DNA from: Vulcanimicrobiota bacterium
GTDB taxonomy: Bacteria > Vulcanimicrobiota > Vulcanimicrobiia > Vulcanimicrobiales > Vulcanimicrobiaceae
NCBI GenBank assembly: GCA_019241305.1
Contig: JAFAXE010000075.1
Location: 6,865-70,864, forward strand
Reading direction: 5' to 3'
DNA length: 64,000 nt
Part shown: piece after piece, positions 9,356-18,763 of the stretch
Layout: each line of letters begins with the position of its first letter
Numbering within the stretch: position 1 is the stretch's first letter
Notes under the pieces: model-generated
Databases searched by the model: none
What the model was told of the DNA's origin: nothing
What the model saw: the letters and a program-made list of their open reading frames with translations, nothing else
Program-made: the position numbers and the translations under genes

Positions 9356-10144
9356 CTAATGGCCCGAAAAAGCCGGCGGCCGTTTTTCGAGGAAGGCCTT
9401 CGTCCCTTCGCGCGCGTCGTTCGTCGTCACGATGGAGGCGAAGGTGAGCGCCTCCATCGCGAGTGCGTCTGGTAAGCCGAGCGCGTCGCCTGCGATGATC
9501 GCGCGCTTGATTGCCTCAACGGCGAGTGGAGCTTTCGTCGCGATGGTCTGTGCCAACGTCATGGCCGCTTCTCGTAGTTCTTGCGGCGGCACAACGCGCT
9601 GGACGAGTCCGATGCGTAGCGCGAGCTCCGCGTCGACCTGGTCACCGGAGAGGCAAAGAAACATTGCCATGCCGCGGCCGACGAAACGGGAGAGCCTCTG
9701 CGTACCTCCGTATCCCGGAATGAGTCCGAGGTTGATCTCCGGCTGTCCGAAGCGCGCCCTGTCGCTCGCAATGATGATGTCGCCGGCCATCGCTAATTCG
9801 CAGCCGCCGCCAAGTGCGAAGCCGTTCACCGCAACCACGATCGGCGTGCGCATCCGTTCCATCTGCAGCGTCAGCGCTTGGCCGCGGCGCGAAAGCCGCG
9901 CAGCCTGCACCGCGCCCTCGAGTGCGTGCAGTTCGCCGATGTCTGCGCCTGCCGCGAACGCGCGCTCGCCGGTGCCGGTCAGGACGACCGCACGGACGGC
10001 ATCGTCGGAGTCCAGTGAACGGAAAGCGGCGGCAAGCTCCGAAATCATGGCGCCGTTCAGCGCGTTGAGTACTTGGGGTCGATTGAGCGTCACCGTTGCC
10101 ACGTTGTCGCTTCGCTCGACCAGAATCGTGGTATAGGTTTCCAC
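9356..10144 (-). CDS. Enoyl-CoA hydratase/isomerase (crotonase family)
   Basis: 262 aa with RAFAAGADIGEL and VNGFALGGGCELAMAGD crotonase signatures. Confidence 0.9.
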   Translation of the reverse strand: METYTTILVERSDNVATVTLNRPQVLNALNGAMISELAAAFRSLDSDDAVRAVVLTGTGERAFAAGADIGELHALEGAVQAARLSRRGQALTLQMERMRTPIVVAVNGFALGGGCELAMAGDIIIASDRARFGQPEINLGLIPGYGGTQRLSRFVGRGMAMFLCLSGDQVDAELALRIGLVQRVVPPQELREAAMTLAQTIATKAPLAVEAIKRAIIAGDALGLPDALAMEALTFASIVTTNDAREGTKAFLEKRPPAFSGH

Positions 10145-10262
10145 GCGCCGCCTTTCCGGGAAAAAAGACGGCGTCCCTACGCGAGTTTTCTCGCAACACC
10201 TCGAGGAGCTGGGATGGGAGGAAGGATGGCGTGACCGATCTTCACGTCACGTTGAACTAGCG

Positions 10263-10898
10263 ATGCGCGCGGCGTATCACGAAGCGCTGGAGACAGCACG
10301 CCTCGACGTCGTCCGGCTGGGAGCGTTAGCCGCCGATGCCATCCATCAGGCCGTCGCCTCGCTGGAACGCCGCGATACGGCGCTGGCGGCCCGTGTCATC
10401 GCCGGTGACGATGCGATCGACGATCTTCGGCGCAGGATCGAACAAATGTGCATCGAGCTCATTTGGCGTCAGCAACCCGTCGCAGGTGAGCTGCGTCAAG
10501 TTGCCGCGATGCTGGAAATCGTCGTAGACTTAGAACGCATCGGCGATTACGCCGTCGACATCGCAAAGAACTCGATCAAACTCGACGATGTGCCGCTTCG
10601 TCCTGCGCGCGTTGAGATCGGTCGCATTGCGTCGATCGCTGAGCGCATGCTGAGCGACACGATGCGTGCCTATACCGAGCGGGACGCCACTCTTGCGGAA
10701 AGCGTCATCGACCTCGACGATGAGGTCGACCGACTGTACAACCGTGGGATCGAAGCGTTGCAGGATGAGATGCAGGCCGACGCCGGTCTGGTGCGCGCCG
10801 GAACGATGATGCTGTTCGTCCTCGCCGCGCTCGAACGCGTCGGAGACCGTGCACAAAACATTGCGTGGCACACCAAAGAGATGTTGGGGACGGCGTAA
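10263..10898 (+). CDS. phoU: Phosphate signalling complex protein PhoU
   Basis: Two PhoU repeats with LERIGDYAVDIAK and LERVGDRAQNIAW. 211 aa. Confidence 0.9.
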   Translation: MRAAYHEALETARLDVVRLGALAADAIHQAVASLERRDTALAARVIAGDDAIDDLRRRIEQMCIELIWRQQPVAGELRQVAAMLEIVVDLERIGDYAVDIAKNSIKLDDVPLRPARVEIGRIASIAERMLSDTMRAYTERDATLAESVIDLDDEVDRLYNRGIEALQDEMQADAGLVRAGTMMLFVLAALERVGDRAQNIAWHTKEMLGTA

Positions 10899-11351
10899 TT
10901 GAGACGCGTTTTGGCGCTGATCGCCTATGCGGGGCTGGTCGGCTTTGTCGTCGCGCCCACCAGCGTCGTTGCGCGGGATCGGCTCCTCAGCGTCGAGTTG
11001 GACGGGCGTCCGCTGGACGCGAACAGCCCGAGCGGCCTTCTCCATCAAGGCAAAGCCTTCGCCAACGTGGTGCGTATCGTCAAGAGTTTCAGCGGCCTGT
11101 TGACCTTCGGTAAGAACGACAGTTTGGTACGCGTCACGATCGGCGCCCACACGGCAGACTTCACCGTCGGTTCGCGCCGCGGCGCCGTGGATGGCCAGGC
11201 GACGACGTTCTCGGCGACGCCATTCGTGCTGAACGGTGACACGTACGTTCCGCTCGACGTCGTCGCGCGACTCGCCGGCGCGACGCTCTCGGTCAACACG
11301 CGCAGGCACGTCGCGCAGCTCGTGTCGGCGCCGCCGTCCGCGCAGCCATAG
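10899..11351 (+). CDS. Secreted protein with a copper amine oxidase N-terminal-like (stalk) domain
   Basis: Signal-like N-terminus MRRVLALIAYAGLVGFVVAP. ..TPFVLNGDTYVPLDVVARLAGATLSV.. is typical of this domain. Starts immediately after the phoU stop. Confidence 0.7.
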   Translation: MRRVLALIAYAGLVGFVVAPTSVVARDRLLSVELDGRPLDANSPSGLLHQGKAFANVVRIVKSFSGLLTFGKNDSLVRVTIGAHTADFTVGSRRGAVDGQATTFSATPFVLNGDTYVPLDVVARLAGATLSVNTRRHVAQLVSAPPSAQP

Positions 11352-11455
11352 CGATTCTGCACGAACCACTTTCCCGCAGCGCGTTCGCGCTTGCCGAAGG
11401 ACTCGTCTATCTGAACCACGCGGCAGCCGGACCGCTGCCACGGAGCACGCTCGAC

Positions 11456-12484
11456 GTGCTCAAGGGCGTTCTCGACGCCCATGCCGCCGAAGGGGTACTC
11501 GGCGTCGCGCCGATCGAAGGAAACCTTCCTCAATATCGTGACCGCGTGGGCCGCTTCATCGGCGCAAGGGCTGATGAGATCGCGTTTCTCCGCAACACCG
11601 CCGATGGCGCGAACGTCATCGCGCGGGGACTGGACTGGCGGCCAGGCGACGAGCTAGTGTTGTGCGACAACGAGTTCGGCTCGAACGCGTACCCTTGGCT
11701 CGCGCTGGGGGACGAGGGCGTCAACGTCCGGCTCGTGCATTCGCCCTCGGAGCGGCTCACCCCCGATGTGCTGGCTCGTCACCTCACGCCACGCACGCGC
11801 GTCGTCAGCGTTTCATGGGTTTCGTTTGCTGACGGCTATCGACACGACCTGAAGAGACTTGCCGATGTCGCGCACGACGCCGGAGCGATTTTATGCGTCG
11901 ATGCGATTCAAGGGCTCGGCGTTTTTCCACTCGATGTGAAAGCGTCGGGGATCGACGCACTGTACGCAGGTGCGGCGAAATGGCTCTTAGGTCTCCAGGG
12001 CGTGAGCCTTTTGTACATCGAGCGTGCGCTGCAAGAGCGCATCGCCGCACGCTGGCGAGGCTGGCGGGATGTCGCAGACATGTGGGACTTCTTGGACTAC
12101 CGGCAGCCGCTTGCGCCGAACGCTTCAAAGTACGAAGGCGGGACGCTCAACTATCTCGGCATTGCGTCGCTCGCCGCGTCCTTGGACGTTCTGGAAGCGG
12201 CGCAGATCAAGCGCATTGGACGGCACGTGGTGGCGTTGACCGACAGGCTTGTGGAGAGACTGCGGGCACTCGGCGCCGAGATCGATAGCGAGCGGGGACC
12301 CGACGTATCGTCAGGGATCGTCACGTTTCGTCTTACTGGTACCGATTCGGTCGCGTTGGGCCGCAAACTCCGCGCGTCCGATATCGTAACGACGTATCGG
12401 CCCAGCGGAATCCGCGTGTCACCTCACGGCTATAATACGGAAAGCGAGATCGATGAGCTCACGAACGCGCTTTGCGCATCATAG
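11456..12484 (+). CDS. Class-V aminotransferase-fold PLP enzyme (cysteine desulfurase-like)
   Basis: NTADGANVIARGL and YAGAAKWLLG (PLP-lysine block). GTG 11456 is the first canonical start, but the in-frame upstream sequence encodes the conserved GLVYLNHAAAGPLP block. The true start is probably near 11354-11357 (ATT/CTG); see findings. Confidence 0.85.
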   Translation: MLKGVLDAHAAEGVLGVAPIEGNLPQYRDRVGRFIGARADEIAFLRNTADGANVIARGLDWRPGDELVLCDNEFGSNAYPWLALGDEGVNVRLVHSPSERLTPDVLARHLTPRTRVVSVSWVSFADGYRHDLKRLADVAHDAGAILCVDAIQGLGVFPLDVKASGIDALYAGAAKWLLGLQGVSLLYIERALQERIAARWRGWRDVADMWDFLDYRQPLAPNASKYEGGTLNYLGIASLAASLDVLEAAQIKRIGRHVVALTDRLVERLRALGAEIDSERGPDVSSGIVTFRLTGTDSVALGRKLRASDIVTTYRPSGIRVSPHGYNTESEIDELTNALCAS

Positions 12485-12505
12485 CGACGTGCGCGTGGAG
12501 CGAAC

Positions 12506-13501
12506 TTAGCGGCCCTTGCGCTGCACCGCTGAACGGACTGCGGCCTTAATGGAAGCGGCGCCCATCCCGTAGAGTTCGATGAGCTCCTCGGGTGCACCCG
12601 ACTGACCGAAGCGGTCTCGCACGCCAACGAACTGCATCGGAACGGGGTGGCGCTCCGCGAGCAGCTCAGCAACGGCGGACCCCATCCCGCCGGCGACCTG
12701 ATGTTCCTCAACGGTCACAACGACGCCACAGCGGCGCGCCGCATCGACGACCGACGCCGTGTCCATCGGCTTGACGCTATGGTTATTGAGAACGAGACAC
12801 TCGATTCCGTCTTCCTGCGCCAGTTCGTCTGCTGCGACGAGCGCATTATAGACGAGAATGCCGCACGCGACGATTGCCACGTCGTTGCCGTCGCGAAAAA
12901 TCTGGGCGGTCCCGACGTCGAAGGGCGTCGCGTCCGTTGTGACGACGGCGCTTTTTTCGCGGCCGAAACGGACGTAGACGGGACCATCGAGTTGGGCTGC
13001 TGCCAGCGTCGCTTTGCGCGTCTGCACCGCGTCGCACGGAACCAGGACCGTCATGTTGGGAATGCAGCGCATGATCGCGATGTCCTCGATCGCCTGATGT
13101 GTCGCGCCGTCAGGGCCGACCGAGACGCCGGCGTGCGCACCGGCAATTTTGACGTTCGCCTCGTTGAGGCACATCGTCGTACGCACTTGCTCCCAGGCGC
13201 GCCCTGGACAAAACATCGCATACGACGCGATGAACGGAACTTTGCCGACCGACGCGAGTCCAGCCGCCATCGCAACCAACATCTGCTCGTGCACGCCGAG
13301 TTCGATAAAGCGCGCGGGGAATGCGTCGCGGAAGGGCTGCATCCGCGTCGACTCGACCAAGTCGGCACAGAGCGCGAGCACCTGTGGATCGCGGCGCGCG
13401 GCTTCTACGAGTCCTTCTCCGAAGCCGTTGCGCGTCGGGACATAACGCAAAGCCTGCGCGTTACGGTAGTCGACGAGGTGCATGTCCTGCGTTGCGATCA
13501 T
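12506..13501 (-). CDS. Transketolase, C-terminal (pyrimidine-binding) subunit
   Basis: 331 aa with TRNGFGEGLVEAARRDPQVLALCADL and GPDGATHQAIEDIA. ATGA overlap with the upstream N-terminal subunit gene. Confidence 0.9.
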   Translation of the reverse strand: MIATQDMHLVDYRNAQALRYVPTRNGFGEGLVEAARRDPQVLALCADLVESTRMQPFRDAFPARFIELGVHEQMLVAMAAGLASVGKVPFIASYAMFCPGRAWEQVRTTMCLNEANVKIAGAHAGVSVGPDGATHQAIEDIAIMRCIPNMTVLVPCDAVQTRKATLAAAQLDGPVYVRFGREKSAVVTTDATPFDVGTAQIFRDGNDVAIVACGILVYNALVAADELAQEDGIECLVLNNHSVKPMDTASVVDAARRCGVVVTVEEHQVAGGMGSAVAELLAERHPVPMQFVGVRDRFGQSGAPEELIELYGMGAASIKAAVRSAVQRKGR

Positions 13502-14352
13502 GCCGCGCTCCCGATCTTTTCGGCAGCTTGCCGCAGTTCCGCAAGCGCGCGCTCCGCCTCGTCGCGCTTTGGTGGTTTCCCGTGCCAGGTGAAGTCGTTT
13601 TCCATGAATGACACGCCCTTACCCGGGATCGTGTGCGCGATAATCGCTTGAGGTTTGCCGGTTGCTTCGAGCGCAGCGCGCAGTGTCGAGACGACGTCTT
13701 CCATGTCGTTGCCGTTACACTCCCGCACCTCCCAGCCGAACGCTTCGTACTTCGCCCGGAACGGTTCGAGCGGCATGACCTCCTCCGTACCGCCGTCGAT
13801 TTGAATGAAGTTGCGATCGACGATGCTGATCAGCTTCTCGAGGTGGTATTTGCCGCCCACCATCGCGGCTTCCCAATGCAGCCCGGCTTGATGCTCCGCG
13901 TCGGAAGTGACGACGAACACGCGAAATCCCTTACCGTCGAGTTTGGCGCCGTACGCCATGCCCACACCTTGCGCGAGCCCTTCCCCGAGCGGCCCCGACG
14001 TCGTTTCCAGACTTTCGAGACGCGTCCGCTCTGGATGCCCTTGCAAACGTGTACCGAGTTTGCGCAGCGTCAACAGCTCTTCCAGCGGAAAGTAGCCGGC
14101 GTGTGCCATCGCCGCATAGCGAACGGGACAGATGTGTCCCGCCGAAAGCAGCAGACGGTCACGCTCCTCCCAGTCGGGCCGCTTCGGGTTGTGGCGCATC
14201 ACTTCAAAATACAACGCGGTGAAGACGTCCGCCATGTCGAGCGACCCAGCGCTGTGACCAGAGCCGGCCGCGACCAGCGATTCGATGATGCTTTGCCGAA
14301 CGGCGTTTGCGGTGCGCTCCAGTTCGATGCGGCGCTTCGGTTCGAGACGCAT
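13498..14352 (-). CDS. Transketolase, N-terminal (TPP-binding) subunit
   Basis: 284 aa with AGSGHSAGSLDMADVFTALYF, SAGHICPVRYA and GPLGEGLAQGVGMA. This is the split-transketolase arrangement. Confidence 0.9.
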   Translation of the reverse strand: MRLEPKRRIELERTANAVRQSIIESLVAAGSGHSAGSLDMADVFTALYFEVMRHNPKRPDWEERDRLLLSAGHICPVRYAAMAHAGYFPLEELLTLRKLGTRLQGHPERTRLESLETTSGPLGEGLAQGVGMAYGAKLDGKGFRVFVVTSDAEHQAGLHWEAAMVGGKYHLEKLISIVDRNFIQIDGGTEEVMPLEPFRAKYEAFGWEVRECNGNDMEDVVSTLRAALEATGKPQAIIAHTIPGKGVSFMENDFTWHGKPPKRDEAERALAELRQAAEKIGSAA

Positions 14353-14427
14353 TTCGTTTCTGTAGCACCTTGCGGCGGATAAGGCCTGCAGGAAGCCGTC
14401 GGGCTGCCCGCGGCCAACGCAAACGAA

Positions 14428-15864
14428 CTAGTAGCCGCCCTCGCGGACCGCGCACGGCGACATGATCGCTTCAGACATGCCGTGGATCAGCCGCTTGTCG
14501 GCCGGCGCGATCGTGGCCAGAATACCACCCAGCTTCACCGTGTCTTGGCCGACGTTGAAGAAGTATGGGCATAGCCGGACCCGTCCATCCAACACGGCGA
14601 TATCCGTCCTCTTCGCGTCGTAATAGGGAACCCGCACGCGTTTGCCCTTATGAAAACGTTGTAGGACATATGGCGTCTGCTCGAACGACGCAAGACCCTT
14701 GGAAAGGGCGGCGCGCCATTCTTCGTGCGTGAGATCGTTGCCGACCCGGACTCCGCGTGAACCCCAAGCAAGTTCAGAGAAACCGGAGGGCTTCACGACG
14801 TAATCGCGCTCGCTCTTGGGAAGGTCGAAGAGTTGCGTCCACTCGCGCACCGGCTCTTCACGCGCGACGAGGCTGCAAATCGAAGCTTGCGGCGGTAGAG
14901 GGCGCGGGTCGAGTACCCAGGTAGCAGGAAAGACTGCGCGCAGCTGCTCGAATGCGTCACCCAATTCACGCTGCCACGTTGTGCGGAGCGCGGGATTGTG
15001 GAGCAGCGCGAACGAGAGCTTTTCTTCGAGGTGCGCCTTGACGGGGGGCGTGATCTTGACGCGATTGTGGCGCGCGGCGTAGAGCATGAGCTCGGCTTTA
15101 GGTACGTTCAGCAAGTCGAAGAGCTCGAAGTTCCGATACATGACGTTGAGCTTTTCTTCGCGACCGTCGGGAAGCCGGACGAAAAGCGCCTCTTCCGTGA
15201 ACACGATGTCTTCAGGGCGGCAGGCGTACGCGTCGGCGCTCCCGCGGCGCGTGATTGCGTCGGCGAGCCACGCGATCTCGGGACGATAGGCCTTGGATTC
15301 TTCCGAGACGACCAGCGCCGCTACCGGGCGCGGTGTTCCCGACACCGCGGCAAGCATGGCGGCGAGTCCATCCGGCATTCCATAGGTCTCGCCGGCAACG
15401 TCGAAGCCCAGCTCGCAATAGACCTCTGCCATCGCGCCGACGAATCCCATCCCACCCGGCACGCTATCCAGTTCGGCGGCGATAAAACCGCCGTCGGTGA
15501 GAATCAGGTCCGGGCGAATCACCCCAGGCAGATCGGACTTAAAACGATTTTGGCGCCCCGCGCGAACGATCGCTTCCGGTTTTCCCCGGTCGAGCTCTTC
15601 AGCGATAAAGGAAGGAGCGGTCCCCCGCGCGCTCCGCTGATAGAGCGACGCGAGCACGCGATAAAATTTGAGAAGGTCGGGTCCGAGCCGCTCGATCGCC
15701 GCGAAAGTTTGCGGGGAGAGCCAGAATGGCTCGGGCGAGAGGCGCCAGGCGACTCGAGACTCCTCGATGCCGACGCCGCCGAAGAGTCCGGCAGGCATCC
15801 GCTCTGTAAGATATTCCGCCTGCTGGCGCGCCGTTAGGTCCGGCGTCAGCGCCGTACAGCCCAT
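14428..15864 (-). CDS. Conserved-looking protein of unknown function (possible ATP-grasp-like ligase fold)
   Basis: 478-aa ORF with protein-like composition. Segments IRPDLILTDGGFIAAELDSVPGG, YVVKPSGFSE and VLQRFHKG resemble ATP-grasp/glutathione-synthetase-like layouts. No firm family assignment is possible by eye. Confidence 0.5.
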   Translation of the reverse strand: MGCTALTPDLTARQQAEYLTERMPAGLFGGVGIEESRVAWRLSPEPFWLSPQTFAAIERLGPDLLKFYRVLASLYQRSARGTAPSFIAEELDRGKPEAIVRAGRQNRFKSDLPGVIRPDLILTDGGFIAAELDSVPGGMGFVGAMAEVYCELGFDVAGETYGMPDGLAAMLAAVSGTPRPVAALVVSEESKAYRPEIAWLADAITRRGSADAYACRPEDIVFTEEALFVRLPDGREEKLNVMYRNFELFDLLNVPKAELMLYAARHNRVKITPPVKAHLEEKLSFALLHNPALRTTWQRELGDAFEQLRAVFPATWVLDPRPLPPQASICSLVAREEPVREWTQLFDLPKSERDYVVKPSGFSELAWGSRGVRVGNDLTHEEWRAALSKGLASFEQTPYVLQRFHKGKRVRVPYYDAKRTDIAVLDGRVRLCPYFFNVGQDTVKLGGILATIAPADKRLIHGMSEAIMSPCAVREGGY

Positions 15865-15966
15865 TCCTACTGCAGCGTACCCGCCGGTACCGGCGGACAG
15901 TCCGGAATCTTGGCGTTCGAGAACGCGATGTATCGCCGTCGCACGTTGCCCCGGAAGACCCCCAGG

Positions 15967-15983
15967 GCAACCGCAACGGTTGC
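15967..15983 (-). terminator. Hairpin immediately after the stop of the small secreted-protein gene
   Basis: GCAACCG-CAA-CGGTTGC (7-bp stem) lies 1 nt from the stop at 15985-15987. There is no clear U-tract, so this is weak. Confidence 0.25.
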
Positions 15984-15984
15984 G

Positions 15985-16383
15985 TTACTTGAGCCGGATG
16001 GCGTCGGGGAGCAGCAAAGCGTGCTCCAGATGGACCGTGCCGGCGCCGTAGCGCATCGTCAAGTGCAGGGTACGGTCGATCGCGAGCTGTCGTAGCGACA
16101 CATCGTCCATCGTGCGGGTCGACTCGCTGTCGTCCATGAACTCCAGCGGAACGTTACGGCTAAAGCTCGTACCGTTCGCTGAGAACGTTTCGACGACGCC
16201 GACGTCGACCGCGCCGCCCCGGTGCTGGCGAGGCTTCTCGCCGGCGGCGACGCAGAGCATGACATCGACCGGCGTCGAGCCGACATGCAAGCGGTCGTGG
16301 GTGCAGCCTTCGCCGGACTGGGCGAACGCAGCCGTCCCGCCGAGGATAGTACCGAGCACGAGCCACGGCCCCAGCGTTTTCAT
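15985..16383 (-). CDS. Small secreted protein of unknown function
   Basis: ATG 16383 gives MKTLGPWLVLGTILGGTAAFAQS (signal peptide) plus ~110 aa. The longer listed ORF (to 16671) is an Arg/Ser-rich extension overlapping the HAD gene on the other strand. Confidence 0.6.
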   Translation of the reverse strand: MKTLGPWLVLGTILGGTAAFAQSGEGCTHDRLHVGSTPVDVMLCVAAGEKPRQHRGGAVDVGVVETFSANGTSFSRNVPLEFMDDSESTRTMDDVSLRQLAIDRTLHLTMRYGAGTVHLEHALLLPDAIRLK

Positions 16384-16480
16384 GATGTTCTCATCTCGTT
16401 CAACGTGGCGCGACGTGCGTCCGTTCCGCGCGTACAGACCAGGACGTTCGTCCAGCTGCCCCCAAACGACACCGCCCGCC

Positions 16481-17290
16481 ATGCGCATCGACCTGATCGC
16501 ACTCGACCTCGACGGCACGCTACTCAACGCGGCCGACCACATCTCGGACCGTAACGGGCGGGCACTGAGCCGTGCGCTGGAACGCGGTGTTCGCGTCGTA
16601 CTCGTCACCGGCCGCGGCGTCGATCTCCCGATCCGCATCTCGGCCGAACTCGGACTCAATCTTCCCGTCATTTGCTGCCATGGCGCACTGACGAAAGACT
16701 TCGGCGCAAACCGGACGCTCGTCCACCTTCCCCTCCCGCTCGCTTACGCGAAACCGATGGTCGAATACGCGGAAAAGAATGGCCTCTCCATCGCCATCTA
16801 TGCAGAAGAGATGTTTTGGCGGCTCGAGGGCTCTCGCGTCTTCATGGATGACATGCGCGGACCGACGTGGCGCGAGGCGCGCACGTTTACGGACGTGTTG
16901 CACGAGGCTCCGACGTTCATCCGTTTCATGGGTGAAGCGTCGGTCCGTGCGATGCAACGCGAGTTCGGCGACTGGCCGCTCAATTTCCGATACGAAACCT
17001 GGCAAGAATTCGTCGAATGCGCCGTGCTGAATCGGGAAGCCAGCAAACGAAACGCTTTGGCGCGGTTGTGTGCCGACTTTCAAGTCTCCCCCGAGCACGT
17101 GCTGGCCGTCGGCGACTCTCGCAACGACGTGCCCATGCTGCGCTGGGCTGGGATCGGGGTGGCGATGGGCAACGCGCCGCGCGAGGTGAAGGAAGCGGTG
17201 CGTTACGTGACTGCCGGTAACGACGACGACGGCGTGGCGATGGCAATCGAGCGGTTCGTCCTCGGGATGCAGCAAAAACGTCCAGCGTGA
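16481..17290 (+). CDS. Cof-type HAD-IIB phosphatase
   Basis: ATG 16481 gives MRIDLIALDLDGTLL (motif I), VLVTGR and GDSRNDVPMLRWAGIGVAMGNA. The listed 16112 start is rejected. Confidence 0.88.
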   Translation: MRIDLIALDLDGTLLNAADHISDRNGRALSRALERGVRVVLVTGRGVDLPIRISAELGLNLPVICCHGALTKDFGANRTLVHLPLPLAYAKPMVEYAEKNGLSIAIYAEEMFWRLEGSRVFMDDMRGPTWREARTFTDVLHEAPTFIRFMGEASVRAMQREFGDWPLNFRYETWQEFVECAVLNREASKRNALARLCADFQVSPEHVLAVGDSRNDVPMLRWAGIGVAMGNAPREVKEAVRYVTAGNDDDGVAMAIERFVLGMQQKRPA

Positions 17291-17547
17291 TGGCAGCAAA
17301 CATCAGCGTTCGGGTACTGGCGTTCGCTCGCGTGCGCGAATTGCTTGGTTGTGCGGAGTGGACGCTGCAGCTGCCGCCTGGCGCGACGGTCGCAGATGCG
17401 TGGGAAGCGCTTGCGGAGCGGGCCGAACCGCTGCGCGCCCTCGCGTCCTCGACCCGCCTTGCGCAGAACGGCAGGATCGTCGATGGTGGTGCGCCGTTGC
17501 ATGACGGCGACGAAGTCGCGCTGCTTCCACCGGTTGGTGGCGGCTAG
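17287..17547 (+). CDS. moaD: Molybdopterin synthase sulfur-carrier subunit MoaD
   Basis: 86 aa ending ..LLPPVGGG (C-terminal Gly-Gly). Immediately upstream of moaE. Confidence 0.85.
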   Translation: MMAANISVRVLAFARVRELLGCAEWTLQLPPGATVADAWEALAERAEPLRALASSTRLAQNGRIVDGGAPLHDGDEVALLPPVGGG

Positions 17548-17558
17548 AAGCCATCGCC

Positions 17559-17999
17559 ATGGTGGAAATCACGGAGTCTGCGCTCGACCTTGCAACGCTG
17601 ATCGCTGCGGTCGCGGGTAACGATGCCGGCGCCGTCGTCACGTTTCAAGGTGTCGTACGGGAGCGTTCGGACGACGATCGACCGGTGCTCGGACTTTCCT
17701 ACGAAGCGTATCCGGCGATGGCGTTGCCTGAGATGCGCAACATTTGTCGCGAGGCTGAAGCGGCATTCCCTGGGATTCGCATCGCGCTCGCGCACCGCGT
17801 CGGAGAGTTGGCACTCGGTGAAGCGAGCGTCGCAATCGCTGTCGCGGCGCCGCACCGTCGAAGCGCCTTCGATGCCTGTGCGTACGTCATCGACGAGCTG
17901 AAGAAACGCGTACCGATTTGGAAGGAGGAACGGTACGTCGGCGGCGACGTGGCTTGGCGCGAAAATCCCGCGGGCGAGAATATGCCGCAGCGCGCGTGA
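17559..17999 (+). CDS. moaE: Molybdopterin synthase catalytic subunit MoaE
   Basis: 146 aa with GAVVTFQGVVRE and KKRVPIWKEE motifs. Confidence 0.9.
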   Translation: MVEITESALDLATLIAAVAGNDAGAVVTFQGVVRERSDDDRPVLGLSYEAYPAMALPEMRNICREAEAAFPGIRIALAHRVGELALGEASVAIAVAAPHRRSAFDACAYVIDELKKRVPIWKEERYVGGDVAWRENPAGENMPQRA

Positions 18000-18763
18000 A
18001 CGTCCAGCTGCGTTATCTCCCTGTACCGCGCGGTACGATTGCGGCCCTCGACTATGAGCCACGCCGCCCCCGCGGCATCGCCGTGGCCGTCGCGCACGGC
18101 TATTCGAGTTCGAAGCACAATCTCGACGTGCTGTGCGCTTTTCTTGCGAGCCACGGCTTTAGCGTCCTGAGCGTCGATTTTCCGGGGCATAAGCTGGGCG
18201 CCAGCGGCGGAGTCTTGTCGTCGATCGACGACCTCACCGACACGCTAACCGCCGCGGCACGCTACGCGCGCGAGCATTACTCCGAGACGGTATACACGTG
18301 CGGTCACAGTATGGGGGCGACGACCGCGTTGCGCGTTTGCGCAGGGGATCCGCAGGTCGCGGGCGCGATTGCCATTGCGACCGGTTGGGGCCGTCCGAGT
18401 GCGCTCGACGCGCTCGCGACGAAAGGGGTCGTCGACTTGCGCGGGGGCTATGTCAACGGACTCGGCCTGCCAGAGATCGTCGCCGCGACTGAACCCCTCC
18501 TCGAAGGTGTCCTGTCGCGCTTGGGTGGGCGCCCATGCCTCTACGTTGCTGCTGAGCGGGATATGATGGTCTCGCAGCGCAGCGTCGCGGAACTGTTTGC
18601 CCGCGCCCCCGAGCCCAAGACATTCGAGACGATTCCGAGCGATCACACCTACGCGGGCGAACATGCGCGCGCGGCCGTCCTCGCATGGCTCGGCGCGCTT
18701 CATCCTCGGGAAGGACAGAGGCCTCGGGCCGAACCAGTTTCCGCAGCGAGCGACCCACTTTAA
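17996..18763 (+). CDS. Alpha/beta-fold hydrolase
   Basis: GTG 17996 overlaps the moaE stop (GTGA). Nucleophile elbow GHSMGA and an HG-type oxyanion region VAHGYSSS. Confidence 0.8.
   Translation: MNVQLRYLPVPRGTIAALDYEPRRPRGIAVAVAHGYSSSKHNLDVLCAFLASHGFSVLSVDFPGHKLGASGGVLSSIDDLTDTLTAAARYAREHYSETVYTCGHSMGATTALRVCAGDPQVAGAIAIATGWGRPSALDALATKGVVDLRGGYVNGLGLPEIVAATEPLLEGVLSRLGGRPCLYVAAERDMMVSQRSVAELFARAPEPKTFETIPSDHTYAGEHARAAVLAWLGALHPREGQRPRAEPVSAASDPL

Noticed and set aside
10230-10251. Inverted repeat CGTGAC-N10-GTCACG upstream of phoU, considered as an operator or Pho box
   Set aside because: The arms are only 6 bp, there is no resemblance to direct-repeat Pho boxes, and chance occurrence is plausible.
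15881-15896. Perfect 16-nt palindrome CCGCCGGTACCGGCGG upstream of the 478-aa gene
   Set aside because: It could be an operator or a hairpin, but it is a single short GC-rich palindrome with no partner site or U-tract. Support is insufficient for a feature call.
16112-16480. Long N-terminal extensions suggested by the ORF track (HAD 16112, coaD 3781, moaE-adjacent hydrolase 17918, rfbC 19783, sigma 23945, anti-sigma 24601, csrA 29545, tsf 30389, frr 32213, dxr 33610, ispG 36066, PduO 40766, proS 40654, amj 43813, glpX 49313, nadE 52622, cinA 53097)
   Set aside because: The extensions run through the preceding gene. A downstream start that overlaps or abuts the upstream stop (often with a Shine-Dalgarno-like sequence) gives the N-terminus expected for the family.
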